Shown: positions 6,890 through 16,235 of the stretch, piece by piece | Position numbering within the stretch: the stretch's first letter is position 1 | How the letters are laid out: each line of letters starts with the position of its first letter | DNA from: Bdellovibrionales bacterium | GTDB taxonomy: Bacteria; Bdellovibrionota; Bdellovibrionia; Bdellovibrionales; UBA1609 | Assembly: GCA_963692945.1 (NCBI GenBank) | Contig: OY843585.1 | Span: 210,001-242,000, forward strand | Length of the DNA stretch: 32,000 nt | Direction of reading: 5' to 3' | The notes under the pieces: model-generated | What the model was told of the DNA's origin: nothing | What the model saw: the letters and a program-made list of their open reading frames with translations, nothing else | Database searches by the model: none | Translations under genes and position numbers: made by a program

Positions 6890-8146
6890 GTGAAAGCCTT
6901 TAAAAACAATAGATTAAAAGTGGCTAAGAGTCTTCCTAAAAAAAGTCTGCTTGTTTTAGGAAGCTCTCCTGAGGTCTTAAGACAACCTGATGTCTGTTAC
7001 CCTTATCGCCAAGATAGTAACTTTTATTATTTAACAGGTTTTACAAAACCTTATAGTCTTTTTCTCTTGTTGCCGGGGAAAAATCCTACATCCATTCTTT
7101 TTATACTTGATAAAAACCCTCTTAAAGAACTTTGGGATGGGTGTCGGGACACAACAACCGAAGTGAAAAAAAAGCTGCTCATAGATGAAGTTTATTATTT
7201 GAAAGATTTAGATAAAAAATTACCAAATTTTTTAAAAAACAAAACCACCCTCTTTTACAACAAAAACAATCCTCTCTTTAATAAAAAATTAAGAGTTTAC
7301 AAAAAAGAAATAAAATCCGCTCAAAAGTTTTTAGCTCCTTTTAGACAAATAAAAAGTAAAACGGAAATTGACGTCTTAAAAAAAGCCTGTGCTGTAACAG
7401 CTCATGCTCATAAAGAAGTGGCTGTTCATCTAAAACCTAACATTAACGAAAGAACTCTTCATGGAGTTTTTTTAAAATCCATTATGGAAAAAGGGGCTGA
7501 AAGAGAAGGCTACGGAAGCATTATAGCTTGTGGGAAAAATGCAACAACTCTTCACTACATACAAAATGATTCTCTTTGTAAATCGGGAGACACCCTCTTG
7601 GTTGATGCAGGAGCAGAGGTTGATTATTATACAGCCGATGTCACAAGAGTTTATCCTGTGAATGGAAAGTTTTCAAAAAACCAAAAACAACTTTACAATC
7701 AACTTCTTAAGCTCCAAAAAAAACTCATCCAATCGGTCCGACCTGAAGTTAATATGAAAGATTTAAATGAGAAAATGTTACAAGGAATCGTCTCTATTTT
7801 GATAGAAATGAAGTTACTTAAAAAAACAGATAACCAAGCCACTAAAGAACTGGCTGCTCACAAATACTGCCCTCACTTCATCGGTCATTTGTTAGGGTTA
7901 GATGTTCATGACCCTTCTTTTAAAAATAAAAGATCTCTCACTTTAAAAGCAGGAATGGTTATAACAATTGAACCTGGTTTTTATATTTCTGAAAAAAACA
8001 AATCTGTCCCAAAAGACTTAAGAGGGTTAGGGTTTCGTATTGAAGATGATATTTTGGTGACTTCTTCTGGCCAAGAAAATTTAACAAAAAACATTCCTAA
8101 AGAAATAAAAGACATTGAAAAGCTTTGTTCACTCAAAAAACATTGA
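6890..8146 (+). CDS. pepP: Xaa-Pro aminopeptidase (M24B family)
   Basis: Pita-bread metal-ligand motifs LVDAGAEVDYYTADVTRVYP, HFIGHLLGLDVHD, ITIEPGFY and GFRIEDD. GTG start at 6890. Confidence 0.9.
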   Translation: MKAFKNNRLKVAKSLPKKSLLVLGSSPEVLRQPDVCYPYRQDSNFYYLTGFTKPYSLFLLLPGKNPTSILFILDKNPLKELWDGCRDTTTEVKKKLLIDEVYYLKDLDKKLPNFLKNKTTLFYNKNNPLFNKKLRVYKKEIKSAQKFLAPFRQIKSKTEIDVLKKACAVTAHAHKEVAVHLKPNINERTLHGVFLKSIMEKGAEREGYGSIIACGKNATTLHYIQNDSLCKSGDTLLVDAGAEVDYYTADVTRVYPVNGKFSKNQKQLYNQLLKLQKKLIQSVRPEVNMKDLNEKMLQGIVSILIEMKLLKKTDNQATKELAAHKYCPHFIGHLLGLDVHDPSFKNKRSLTLKAGMVITIEPGFYISEKNKSVPKDLRGLGFRIEDDILVTSSGQENLTKNIPKEIKDIEKLCSLKKH

Positions 8147-8150
8147 ACTC

Positions 8151-8867
8151 CTAAGTTTCAAAGAGTATCCAATTGTTTTTTTCAACATGAGATTTCATCT
8201 CTTGTTCAAAACTATAGTTTTCATTTTTTGCATCAGCGGAACTCACCACTAAAGAGATTTTTGCAATCTCCAACAAACTCAAATCACTGGGAGAATTTCC
8301 TGCTGCCAAAAGTGGTTTTTTTTGATTGGTCGCCAAAAGTAAAGCCTCTTGTTTTCCTAAACCATAAGTCAGTGGCTCTATAAGTTTAGAAGTGATCTTT
8401 CCATTTTCTACATGAGTTGCAACTCCTAAAACCTTATCCACTGGAAGACGATATTTTTCAATGGTTTGCTCCACAAGCCATGTTAGAGAAGCTGTTACGA
8501 CATAAATAAAAATATTTTTTTCTTTTAAAAAATGGAGTAACTTGTTTTGAAAAGAAAAAACCTGCAAAGGATTTTCTTCTAAAACCTGATGAATTTGTGA
8601 CTTCAATTCTTCTAAAGAAAACCCCTCTTGCCGACGAGCAAACTCTTTGCATCGTAAAGAGCGATCTTGCATCTTATATCTTTCATCCAAAAGATCCGAA
8701 TGCTTTCTCAAATGATATTTTTCTTGATGATGTAACAAAAGATGATTCACATCTTCTAACCATAAAGTTCCATCCGCATCAAAGACAGCAATAGATTGAG
8801 GTTCTAAATGCTTACTCATTTGCTCTTTGACTCTATCTAATAAAATATCTTCCTGTTTAAATTTCAT
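8151..8867 (-). CDS. HAD-superfamily hydrolase (subfamily IB / phosphoserine-phosphatase-like)
   Basis: Motif I is AVFDADGTLW. The late motif is LAAGNSPSDLSLLE. The track ORF extends to TTG 8963. I prefer ATG 8867, which is preceded by GAGGA with 8 nt spacing. Confidence 0.7.
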   Translation of the reverse strand: MKFKQEDILLDRVKEQMSKHLEPQSIAVFDADGTLWLEDVNHLLLHHQEKYHLRKHSDLLDERYKMQDRSLRCKEFARRQEGFSLEELKSQIHQVLEENPLQVFSFQNKLLHFLKEKNIFIYVVTASLTWLVEQTIEKYRLPVDKVLGVATHVENGKITSKLIEPLTYGLGKQEALLLATNQKKPLLAAGNSPSDLSLLEIAKISLVVSSADAKNENYSFEQEMKSHVEKNNWILFET

Positions 8868-8952
8868 AAACAAAATCCTCAAGTTATCTATTTGAATCGT
8901 AGGCTTTAAAAAATATCTCTCAAGAACAAAATTAAAAATCTTGACTATTGCT

Positions 8953-8980
8953 TTGCAATTCAAGAAACATAGACTATAGT
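8953..8980 (+). promoter_or_regulatory. Sigma-70-like promoter immediately upstream of mreB
   Basis: TTGCAA (8953-8958), a 16 nt spacer, then TATAGT (8975-8980). The mreB ATG at 8988 lies 7 nt after the -10 element, and no Shine-Dalgarno is present. Confidence 0.4.
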
Positions 8981-8987
8981 AAATGAC

Positions 8988-10037
8988 ATGTGTGTGGAAT
9001 TGTTCAATAAAATTTCAAAATATTTTAATAAAGACTTAGCCATAGACCTCGGCACAGCCAATACTCTTGTTTTCTCCCCTGGTGAAGGCATCATTTTAAA
9101 TGAACCTTCCGTGGTGACTATGCAAAAAGATTTTCAAAATCAAAAACGTGTTCTGGCTGTAGGAAAAGAAGCTAAGCATATGTTAGGGCGAACTCCTGGA
9201 AATATCATTGCTGTCCGACCGATCAAAGACGGAGTTATTGCTGATTTTGAAATCACTCAACAGATGTTAAAATACTTCATCTCTAAATCTACAGAAAACG
9301 CCTCTCGTTTAATTAGTTTAAGCCCACGAATTGTAATTTGTGTTCCCTATGGAATCACCCAAGTGGAAAAACGCGCAGTAGAAGAAGCCGCTATTTCTGC
9401 TGGAGCAAGATCTGTTCATCTTATTGAAGAACCCCTTGCCGCTGCCATTGGAGCAGGACTGCCTATCACGGAAGCCGCAGGAAATCTTGTGGTTGATATT
9501 GGAGGAGGAACAACAGGTGTTGCTATTATTTCTCTTGGTGGTATTGTCATTTGCGAATCCATTAAAGTAGGAGGAGACAAATTAGATGAGGCGATCATCA
9601 ATTACATTCGGAGAAATTTCAATCTTCTTGTTGGAGAACGAACAGCAGAAAACATTAAAATCAATTTAGGAACAGCTGTGAACAATGACAATAAAAGTCT
9701 TGTTGTTAAAGGAAGAGACCTTGTCTCAGGAACTCCTAAAACCATTTCCTTAAATCGTTTTCAAATCAATAAAGCTTTAATGGATCCTCTTGAAAAAATT
9801 GTTGGAGCGGTCCGATTGGCTTTAGAAAAAACACCTCCAGAACTGGCTTCAGATATTGTAGATAATGGAATTATGCTCACAGGAGGAGGGGCTTTATTAC
9901 ACAATATAGACTTGCTACTTAAAGAAAAAACGGGACTTCCTGTGTCTGTGGCTGAACAACCTTTGTTTTGTGTTGTTCTAGGAGCTGGAAAAACTTTAGA
10001 TCAACTGGATCTCTTAAATAAGATAACTATAAAATAG
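8988..10037 (+). CDS. mreB: Rod-shape-determining actin homologue MreB
   Basis: Motifs DLAIDLGTANTLV, EPLAAAIGAG and VVDIGGGTTGVAIISLGG, with colinear similarity to E. coli MreB over the full length. Confidence 0.95.
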   Translation: MCVELFNKISKYFNKDLAIDLGTANTLVFSPGEGIILNEPSVVTMQKDFQNQKRVLAVGKEAKHMLGRTPGNIIAVRPIKDGVIADFEITQQMLKYFISKSTENASRLISLSPRIVICVPYGITQVEKRAVEEAAISAGARSVHLIEEPLAAAIGAGLPITEAAGNLVVDIGGGTTGVAIISLGGIVICESIKVGGDKLDEAIINYIRRNFNLLVGERTAENIKINLGTAVNNDNKSLVVKGRDLVSGTPKTISLNRFQINKALMDPLEKIVGAVRLALEKTPPELASDIVDNGIMLTGGGALLHNIDLLLKEKTGLPVSVAEQPLFCVVLGAGKTLDQLDLLNKITIK

Positions 10038-10056
10038 ATTTTTAGTTATTGGTTTT

Positions 10057-10710
10057 TTACAAATTCTCTTTTGAAATCACTTCAAAGTTTTTTTCAGAAA
10101 ATTGAAATTTACTTTTTGGAAAACTTTTCTTCACCCAAGGATTCAAAAATTTATATCTTTGCCATTGACCTACATCATCCCAAACAATTTTAATTTCTTG
10201 AATGTAATTCCCCACTTCCATAAAAATCTTTTTGATTCCTTCTATATTTTTTTTGGTTTTAAGGTGAAAAAAATAAACACCCTTGTTTCTTTTTTCAAAT
10301 TTTTGGATTGAAAAATATTCAAAAAAACGAGTGGAATCAAAGAGCCGAAAAAATAAATCTATTTGTGGGTGATCTTTTAATTTAAAAACTATTTTCTCTT
10401 TTCTATCCGACTGATACCATAAATACTCTCCATTAAAAACCATCAGGTAACTAGGGTTTCCGTTTATGCTCAAACGAAATTTTTGCTTTTCAATATAAAA
10501 ATCCCCTACTTCCTTTATTGTTTCCTCAATCTCTGGTAAAAAAAGTTGTTTCTCAATTTTAAAATAAATACTTTGAGATTGATATTTATTAAGTGCTTTT
10601 TTTAGAAAAGAAAGAGATCGCTCTTTAGTCTGTTTGAAATCAGATGTTTTAGAAAAAGACAAATTTGAAAAAAGAAACACTCCCAAAAAAAGGAATTTAA
10701 AAGAAAACAT
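10057..10710 (-). CDS. LolA-like periplasmic protein (outer-membrane lipoprotein carrier family, tentative)
   Basis: Signal peptide MFSFKFLFLGVFLFSNLSFS. The central pattern GDFYIEKQKFRLSI....LMVFNGEYLWYQSD resembles the LolA signature (G.l......kfR......ivsDG..lW.Y.p). The size of 217 aa fits. Confidence 0.45.
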   Translation of the reverse strand: MFSFKFLFLGVFLFSNLSFSKTSDFKQTKERSLSFLKKALNKYQSQSIYFKIEKQLFLPEIEETIKEVGDFYIEKQKFRLSINGNPSYLMVFNGEYLWYQSDRKEKIVFKLKDHPQIDLFFRLFDSTRFFEYFSIQKFEKRNKGVYFFHLKTKKNIEGIKKIFMEVGNYIQEIKIVWDDVGQWQRYKFLNPWVKKSFPKSKFQFSEKNFEVISKENL

Positions 10711-10762
10711 GAAAGCAGTGTAAAAGAAAGATCTTTAAATAGCAATGCCAGCTGAACCCTAT

Positions 10763-11404
10763 TTAATGCTTTTCAAAATGAGGTCTTTTCCAAGCCAATG
10801 TAAAAATGAAAAAATTTTTAGGTCTATTTAATGCCTTATAAGCCGAACGAGCGGTTGAACCCGTTGTTAAAACATCATCCACAAAAACAACAGTCTCTCT
10901 AGGTTTTAAAACCCCTGTGCTTAAAAACTCAATAGAAGATCGCTCTCTTTTAAGTTTCAATTTTTGCGAGGAATGTTGGTCTTTTTTTATTAAAAGAGGT
11001 CTCAATTCACCACCAAAATGAAACCTAAGAGATTCTGCTAATAAATAAGCATGATCTTTAAAGTGTTTTTCCCTTGCAGGAGCTGGAATAAAAACAGGTT
11101 TGATTTTTTTAGACCAAAGAGAGCGATGAATAAATCTAGAAAAACTCTCTAAACCCATTCTTCTAAAAACAAAAAAAGGACCTCCTTGTTTTAAGCTGTT
11201 AATAAATTTTTGAAGAAAATAGTGATTGTCATCTTTCCAATCAAAAAGCCTTAAATGAGGCAGTGTTTTCTCAACTCTATACACATCTATAAAAGACAAA
11301 TACTCTTTTTCTAAATATCTCCAACAAAAAGAACAAAGCCATTGGTTTGGAGGGTAGTATTTTCCACAAACAGCACAACAACGAATGTATCTATAAAAAT
11401 CCAT
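10763..11404 (-). CDS. comF: ComF-family protein (phosphoribosyltransferase-domain competence protein)
   Basis: N-terminal double CxxC zinc ribbon (CAVCGKYY....CSFCW) and C-terminal PRTase motif VVFVDDVLTTGSTA. Confidence 0.85.
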   Translation of the reverse strand: MDFYRYIRCCAVCGKYYPPNQWLCSFCWRYLEKEYLSFIDVYRVEKTLPHLRLFDWKDDNHYFLQKFINSLKQGGPFFVFRRMGLESFSRFIHRSLWSKKIKPVFIPAPAREKHFKDHAYLLAESLRFHFGGELRPLLIKKDQHSSQKLKLKRERSSIEFLSTGVLKPRETVVFVDDVLTTGSTARSAYKALNRPKNFFIFTLAWKRPHFEKH

Positions 11405-11504
11405 TTATAAACTTCTTGCAAAAACTTTGCTAGAAGACTTATTTGAGAAAAAAGTTTTTTCTATGTGAATATTCTTCTTGTTGTTATTTTAGATTTTCAC
11501 TCTT

Positions 11505-12560
11505 TTAAAAAATAGTAAGACATTTTAAAAGGGTCATTTCGTTTAGATGCTGATCATTTGTTTTTTGAACAGAATAAGGGGTTTCGCCATGTTTATTTTT
11601 TGCCCGTGTATCGGCACCTGATTCAAGAAGCAATCTAATTGTTTTTCCCCTCCTCCATATAGTTGCTATATGAAGAGGAGTGTTGCCCTTGTCATCTATT
11701 GCATGGATATCAGCCCCTTTTTTACGGAGAAGAAAAGCTATGCTCCAATGCCCCTTAAAACTTGTAAGATGAAGAGGGGTGCGACCACCGTAATCTCTAG
11801 CCTGAATATCTGCACCAGCAATAATCAGCTGTGAACTTATTTCTAAATACCCTTCAAAACTTGCTAAATGAAGAGCGGTCCAACCAAATTTGTCTCTCTT
11901 ATAAACATCAGCATTTTTTAAAAGTAGAAGTCTTACCATTTTCAATTTTCCAAACAAACTGGCTAAATGAAGAGCGGTAGAGCCTTTTTTATCTTGAGCA
12001 TTGATATCTATACCCTTTTCAATCAGAAGGGATGCCACATCTAGATGTCCCGTTTTACTTGCTTCATGAAGAGCTGTTCTACCTTGTAATCCTTTTATAT
12101 GGATATTAGCTCCTTTTTCAATAAGAAGTGAAACCATCTTTAAATGCCCAGATTGACTTGCTAGATGAATAGCTGTTCTACCGTAGATATCTATACCATT
12201 GACACGAATATTTTTTTCAAGAAGAAGGGAAGCCAAATCCAAATGTCCTTCAAAACTTGCATAATGAAGAGCGGTCCAACCACCTTTAGTTTTTAAATGA
12301 ATGCTAGCACCGTTTTTAATAAGATATTTTAAAGTTTTCAAATCTCCTTCTTCACTAGCGATATGAACAGCTGTCTTGCCAAATGCATCTTTTAAATCAG
12401 GATTAATTTTTGCACGAAAAAGAGCCGCTAATTTTTTTATATCTCCAGTTTGAGTAGCCCTATGAAGATGAGTCACTGCGTGAAACTTTCCAGCCATAAC
12501 AAACGAGCTACAAAAAAGACAAGTCACTAAAAAAAAGTTTCTAAGTAACGAACTGGGCAT
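11505..12560 (-). CDS. Ankyrin-repeat protein with N-terminal signal peptide (~9 ANK repeats)
   Basis: 33-residue repeats of the form G(R/W)TALH.AS..GHL..V.LLIEKGA.I... occur nine times. The N-terminus is MPSSLLRNFFLVTCLFCSSFVMA|G. The track ORF opens at TTG 12575; I prefer ATG 12560. Confidence 0.9.
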   Translation of the reverse strand: MPSSLLRNFFLVTCLFCSSFVMAGKFHAVTHLHRATQTGDIKKLAALFRAKINPDLKDAFGKTAVHIASEEGDLKTLKYLIKNGASIHLKTKGGWTALHYASFEGHLDLASLLLEKNIRVNGIDIYGRTAIHLASQSGHLKMVSLLIEKGANIHIKGLQGRTALHEASKTGHLDVASLLIEKGIDINAQDKKGSTALHLASLFGKLKMVRLLLLKNADVYKRDKFGWTALHLASFEGYLEISSQLIIAGADIQARDYGGRTPLHLTSFKGHWSIAFLLRKKGADIHAIDDKGNTPLHIATIWRRGKTIRLLLESGADTRAKNKHGETPYSVQKTNDQHLNEMTLLKCLTIF

Positions 12561-12636
12561 GGCAAAAATATACAATGCTTCATGCTATCTTTAAAGGATT
12601 TTCTCATTCTTTGTAAGTTTTTTATAAAAAAGATCT

Positions 12637-14256
12637 TTAAAAAACTCCGTGACATTCAGGAATTTTTGAAGTTTCCAAATAAGAACTGTCTTTTGTAAGA
12701 AAATCTATCACATCAAAACGTCCCGCTGTTATTGCCATATCCAGAGCCGTCCTATTGTAGAAATCCATTATATCCATATCAGCACCCTTTTCAACAAGAT
12801 GCTTTACGATTTTCAAATCTCCTTCTTCGCTAGCGATATGGAGAGCTGTCCCACCATGTCTATCTGCTCTATTGATATCCGTTTCTTTTTCAGCAAGAAA
12901 TGCAGTTATTTTCAAATGTCTATTCCTAACTGCAATATGCAAAGGAGTAAAACCATCTTGATTCACTCTCTTCCTATCAGCACCATTTTCAATAAGATGT
13001 TTTACGATTTTCAAATCTCCTACTTCACTAGCGATATGGAGAGCTGTCCTACCCTGTCTATCTGCTCTATTGATATCCGTTTCTTTTTCAGCAAGAAGTG
13101 CAATTATTTTCCAATGTCTATTCCTAACTGCAATATGCAAAGGAGTAAGGCCATCTTGATCTACTCTATTCCTATCAGCACCATTTTCAATAAGATATTT
13201 TACAATTTTAAAGTGTCCTTCAAAACTAGCTATATGAAGAGCATTTGTTTTATCTTCTAAGTTTTTTTCAGGAATATCAGATCCTTTTTTAACAAGATAT
13301 TTGACAATTTTGAAATACCCCTTGCCACTTGCCATAGAAAGAGCTGTTTTGCCAAAATTATCTTTTGCATGAATATCAGCTCCTTTTTTAACAAGATATT
13401 TTACAATTTTGAAATTCCCCTTACCAGAAGCCATATAAAGAGCTGTCCTTCCATATTTATCTCTTGCATGAATATCAACTTTTTTTTCAACAAGAAATTC
13501 TACGACTTCTAAATGACCATACTCACTTGCGGTATGAAGAATTGTCTTACCGAATTCATCTATTGCATAAATATAAGCTCTTTTTTCAATAAGATATTTT
13601 ACCATTTCCAAATTTCCTTTCCTAATGGCTTCATGAAGAGATCTTTGACTGTCGTTATTATCTTCTTTAATACCAAATTTTAACTCTTTCTTACCCGTAT
13701 CTTCTTTAACAGTAGATTTTAACCTTTCCGTTTCATTATCATTAGGGAGAATTTCTAACTTTTCTAGTTCTAGTCCTTTAACATAATTAGAACCAAGATT
13801 TAACTCTCTTGCTTGACGCCTTTTACTAGGAGAAGCAGCCCATTTGTACTTCTGACTTGGATCAATATCAGCTCCTTTTTCAACAAGAAATTCTACAATT
13901 TTCAAATGCTGTCTTGAATTGAGTATATTGGATCTTGCCAAACTAAGAGCGGTCCAACCCGATTCATTTTTTGCATAAATATCAGCACCATTTTCAATAA
14001 GATATTTTACCATTTTAAAGTGTCCTTCAAAACTAGCTATATGAAGAGCCGTCCTGCCGTACTCATCTTTTAAATCAATATCAACTTTTTCTTTCAAAAG
14101 AGAAGATATTTTTTTTATAGATTTATACTTAGCTGCCTTATGAATTTCTGCAGCCATAACAAAAGAATTAAAAAAACAAAGTGAAATTAAAAAAATTTTT
14201 CTAAATAAGTTCTTTGATATTAAAAAATCATCTGGAGCAAATAAAATAACTTTCAT
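12637..14256 (-). CDS. Ankyrin-repeat protein with N-terminal signal peptide (3 + ~10 ANK repeats split by a charged linker)
   Basis: Repeats of the type GRTALHIAS.EG..KIVK.L.E.GAD. Signal-like N-terminus ...FLISLCFFNSFVMA|AE. GAGAGG lies 7 nt upstream of ATG 14256. A non-ANK K/E-rich linker of about 75 aa spans roughly residues 130-205. Confidence 0.9.
   Translation of the reverse strand: MKVILFAPDDFLISKNLFRKIFLISLCFFNSFVMAAEIHKAAKYKSIKKISSLLKEKVDIDLKDEYGRTALHIASFEGHFKMVKYLIENGADIYAKNESGWTALSLARSNILNSRQHLKIVEFLVEKGADIDPSQKYKWAASPSKRRQARELNLGSNYVKGLELEKLEILPNDNETERLKSTVKEDTGKKELKFGIKEDNNDSQRSLHEAIRKGNLEMVKYLIEKRAYIYAIDEFGKTILHTASEYGHLEVVEFLVEKKVDIHARDKYGRTALYMASGKGNFKIVKYLVKKGADIHAKDNFGKTALSMASGKGYFKIVKYLVKKGSDIPEKNLEDKTNALHIASFEGHFKIVKYLIENGADRNRVDQDGLTPLHIAVRNRHWKIIALLAEKETDINRADRQGRTALHIASEVGDLKIVKHLIENGADRKRVNQDGFTPLHIAVRNRHLKITAFLAEKETDINRADRHGGTALHIASEEGDLKIVKHLVEKGADMDIMDFYNRTALDMAITAGRFDVIDFLTKDSSYLETSKIPECHGVF
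12799..13194. repeat. Tandem 198 bp duplication (two ANK repeats per unit) inside the ankyrin gene
   Basis: Units 12799-12996 and 12997-13194 align without indels, with 13 mismatches by hand alignment (about 93% identity). A more diverged third unit follows. This explains the spurious + strand ORF 12799..13260. Confidence 0.9.
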
Positions 14257-14602
14257 AAATAACCTCTCATAACCATTTTATAAATAATAACAAGTAATAT
14301 GAGCTATAAACTCATTACAATACTTATCATTGTATTTAAAGGTCTTTTCTGCTTTTTTGAAAATTTTACAATTTTTAAGATTTAGAGAGTCTTTAGAAAG
14401 AAAGTTTACATAAAAAACCAGAATGTACAAAAGTCAGAGCTTGTGAAAAACGAAGTTTTTTCTATGGATGCCCTTTTTATTTTTTGAGAGATTAAAGAGC
14501 GTCTTTTTTACGATGAAAATTCAAAAAAGAAAAACTAAAGTCTTGTTTTTAATTTAAAGACCTCAGTTATTTGTATTGTTTTTTAACATCCTTTTTACAT
14601 GA

Positions 14603-14631
14603 TTGATTCTCATTAAAAAAATCTTTAGAAT
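14603..14631 (+). promoter_or_regulatory. Sigma-70-like promoter upstream of the Sel1-repeat gene
   Basis: TTGATT (14603-14608), a 17 nt spacer, then TAGAAT (14626-14631). A strong RBS, AAGGAGGG, follows, ending about 8 nt before ATG 14668. Confidence 0.4.
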
Positions 14632-14667
14632 TTAATAAATTTCAAAGAAAAAAGGAGGGCTATCTTT

Positions 14668-15684
14668 ATGAAAACTTTACTTTACATTTTCTTATCCATT
14701 TTTATTTTTACAACAGGAACTTTCGCTATTTCTGATACTCACAGTACGGAAGATTTAAGAATCCTACCTGAAGCCTATAAATTCTATAGAGATATGGAAA
14801 AAAAACTAAGGTATTTAGAGAATACAAATTTATACCGGAAGGCTCAAAGTGGGGACGTGGAGTCCATGTATAAACTAGGTTTAATTTATTACTATGGAGA
14901 TGGAAAAAATTACATGTATGACTTTGAAGATGGAAAAGATCGTCCTATTACTCTTATCAGAAAGGCTTTTTATTGGTTTAAAAAAGCAGCTGAAGCAGGA
15001 CATGTAGATGCTATTTACCACTTGGCTGAAATCAACTTGAAAAATCCAACTAACATTGAATTAAGAGGTTTGGGAACTGATCAAAAAACTGGTTTTGAGT
15101 TAATGGAAATAGCTGCCAAAAGAGATCATGTTTTAGCTCAATATGAATTGAGCCTGTTTTATTATGATTTGAGCTGGGATGATAGAGATGGAGATGATCA
15201 GAAAAAAGCAGATTACTGGCAAAAAAAAGCAGCTAAAAATGGACACATTGTATCTCAATATGAGATTGCACGAAAGGACATCGACTCTACTGATGAAGAA
15301 ACAAGGGAAGAGGCTTTGGAGTCATTTCTTCACTTTGTTTATAACCATAGAAAGTACAAAAGATTTGCCATCTATGCAATGATGCATATCTCTGACTATT
15401 ATCGTCGGGACAGGTTTAAAGATAACACCACACAAGTTCAAGTTGAAAACCCTAATAAAGACCTCATTAAAATGTATGCTTGGCACAGGCTATACAATTT
15501 CTATTATAGTTCTTGTGATCACTCTGAAGAAGATAGAAAAGACTTTTTAGATGATTATGATCATCTGGTAACTCCTGAAGAAAGAGAACAAGGTATAGAT
15601 TTATCTCAGGAACTTAAAAGAGATATAGAAAGAAAATCAGGAGATAAAATTAAACCTATTAAATTTAATAGTTGCCCTACATAA
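14668..15684 (+). CDS. Sel1-like (SLR/TPR-family) repeat protein with signal peptide
   Basis: Signal peptide MKTLLYIFLSIFIFTTGTFA. There are at least four Sel1-type units (AQSGDVESMYKLGLIYYYGDG; AFYWFKKAAEAGHVDAIYHLAEI; GFELMEIAAKRDHVLAQYELSLFYY; ADYWQKKAAKNGHIVSQYEIA). Confidence 0.8.
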   Translation: MKTLLYIFLSIFIFTTGTFAISDTHSTEDLRILPEAYKFYRDMEKKLRYLENTNLYRKAQSGDVESMYKLGLIYYYGDGKNYMYDFEDGKDRPITLIRKAFYWFKKAAEAGHVDAIYHLAEINLKNPTNIELRGLGTDQKTGFELMEIAAKRDHVLAQYELSLFYYDLSWDDRDGDDQKKADYWQKKAAKNGHIVSQYEIARKDIDSTDEETREEALESFLHFVYNHRKYKRFAIYAMMHISDYYRRDRFKDNTTQVQVENPNKDLIKMYAWHRLYNFYYSSCDHSEEDRKDFLDDYDHLVTPEEREQGIDLSQELKRDIERKSGDKIKPIKFNSCPT

Positions 15685-15747
15685 GCTTCAAGTGAATAAA
15701 ATAAAAATTTTTGAATTTTTGAATTTTTAATTTATCTAAAGCAGATT

Positions 15748-16092
15748 TTACTGGATATCTTCTGATATACAAGCTTTTGTAGCAGATATTACATTTGTAG
15801 AACTCTCTACAATGTAATGACTTGGTTCATCTAAAATAAAAGAATCAGATTCAAAATTAGTGCTTGAAAAAGAAATTTGTAAAGGAAATTTTTTTGCAAC
15901 AAACTGAAAGCAAAATCCTTGTAAAATTTTTGATACTTGTTTATCTGCACTCACTAAAGTTAAAATTTGAGAAGAATTGTTTTTTATAGTAAAGACTTCT
16001 TCTCGTGCACAAGAGCTAAAAAACAAAACAAGAAAACAGAAGAATCCAAGTTTCAAAAAATTTAGACACCATAACATTTTCCAAGAATTCAT
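15748..16092 (-). CDS. Small hypothetical exported protein, possibly a lipoprotein
   Basis: 114 aa. Hydrophobic N-terminus ending in LFFSSC|AREE (lipobox-like). No recognisable family. Confidence 0.5.
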   Translation of the reverse strand: MNSWKMLWCLNFLKLGFFCFLVLFFSSCAREEVFTIKNNSSQILTLVSADKQVSKILQGFCFQFVAKKFPLQISFSSTNFESDSFILDEPSHYIVESSTNVISATKACISEDIQ

Positions 16093-16195
16093 TTCAAAAA
16101 TAAGTTTAACATAATGATTGAGTAATAAAATAGTATATATTTAAATACATTCTCTAAAACCTTTATAAATCAACTTTTTTAAATTTTAAATAAAG

Positions 16196-16235
16196 ACCAA
16201 AGGAATAACAATTCTTTTTATTCCTTTGGTTTTTT
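16196..16235 (+). terminator. Intrinsic-terminator-like hairpin (13 bp perfect stem plus T5) in a divergent intergenic region
   Basis: ACCAAAGGAATAA (16196-16208) pairs perfectly with TTATTCCTTTGGT (16218-16230) around a 9 nt loop, followed by TTTTT (16231-16235). No + strand gene lies upstream of it. Confidence 0.5.

Noticed and set aside
11412-11436. An AT-rich hairpin (CTTCTTGCAAA-AAC-TTTGCTAGAAG, 10 of 11 bp) between the ANK gene stop and the comF start, as a possible terminator.
   Set aside because: It has one mismatch, a weak A/T-rich stem and no clean U-run. It ends only 7 nt from the comF ATG, so calling it a terminator would leave comF without room for a promoter. It is too weak to report as a feature.
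12799-13260. The 153 aa + strand ORF in the track, and the repeat periodicity that could superficially suggest a CRISPR-like or other repeat array.
   Set aside because: The ORF is antisense to the ankyrin gene. Its internal repetition mirrors the 198 bp coding duplication. The repeats are contiguous with no unique spacers, and the minus-strand frame encodes canonical ANK repeats.
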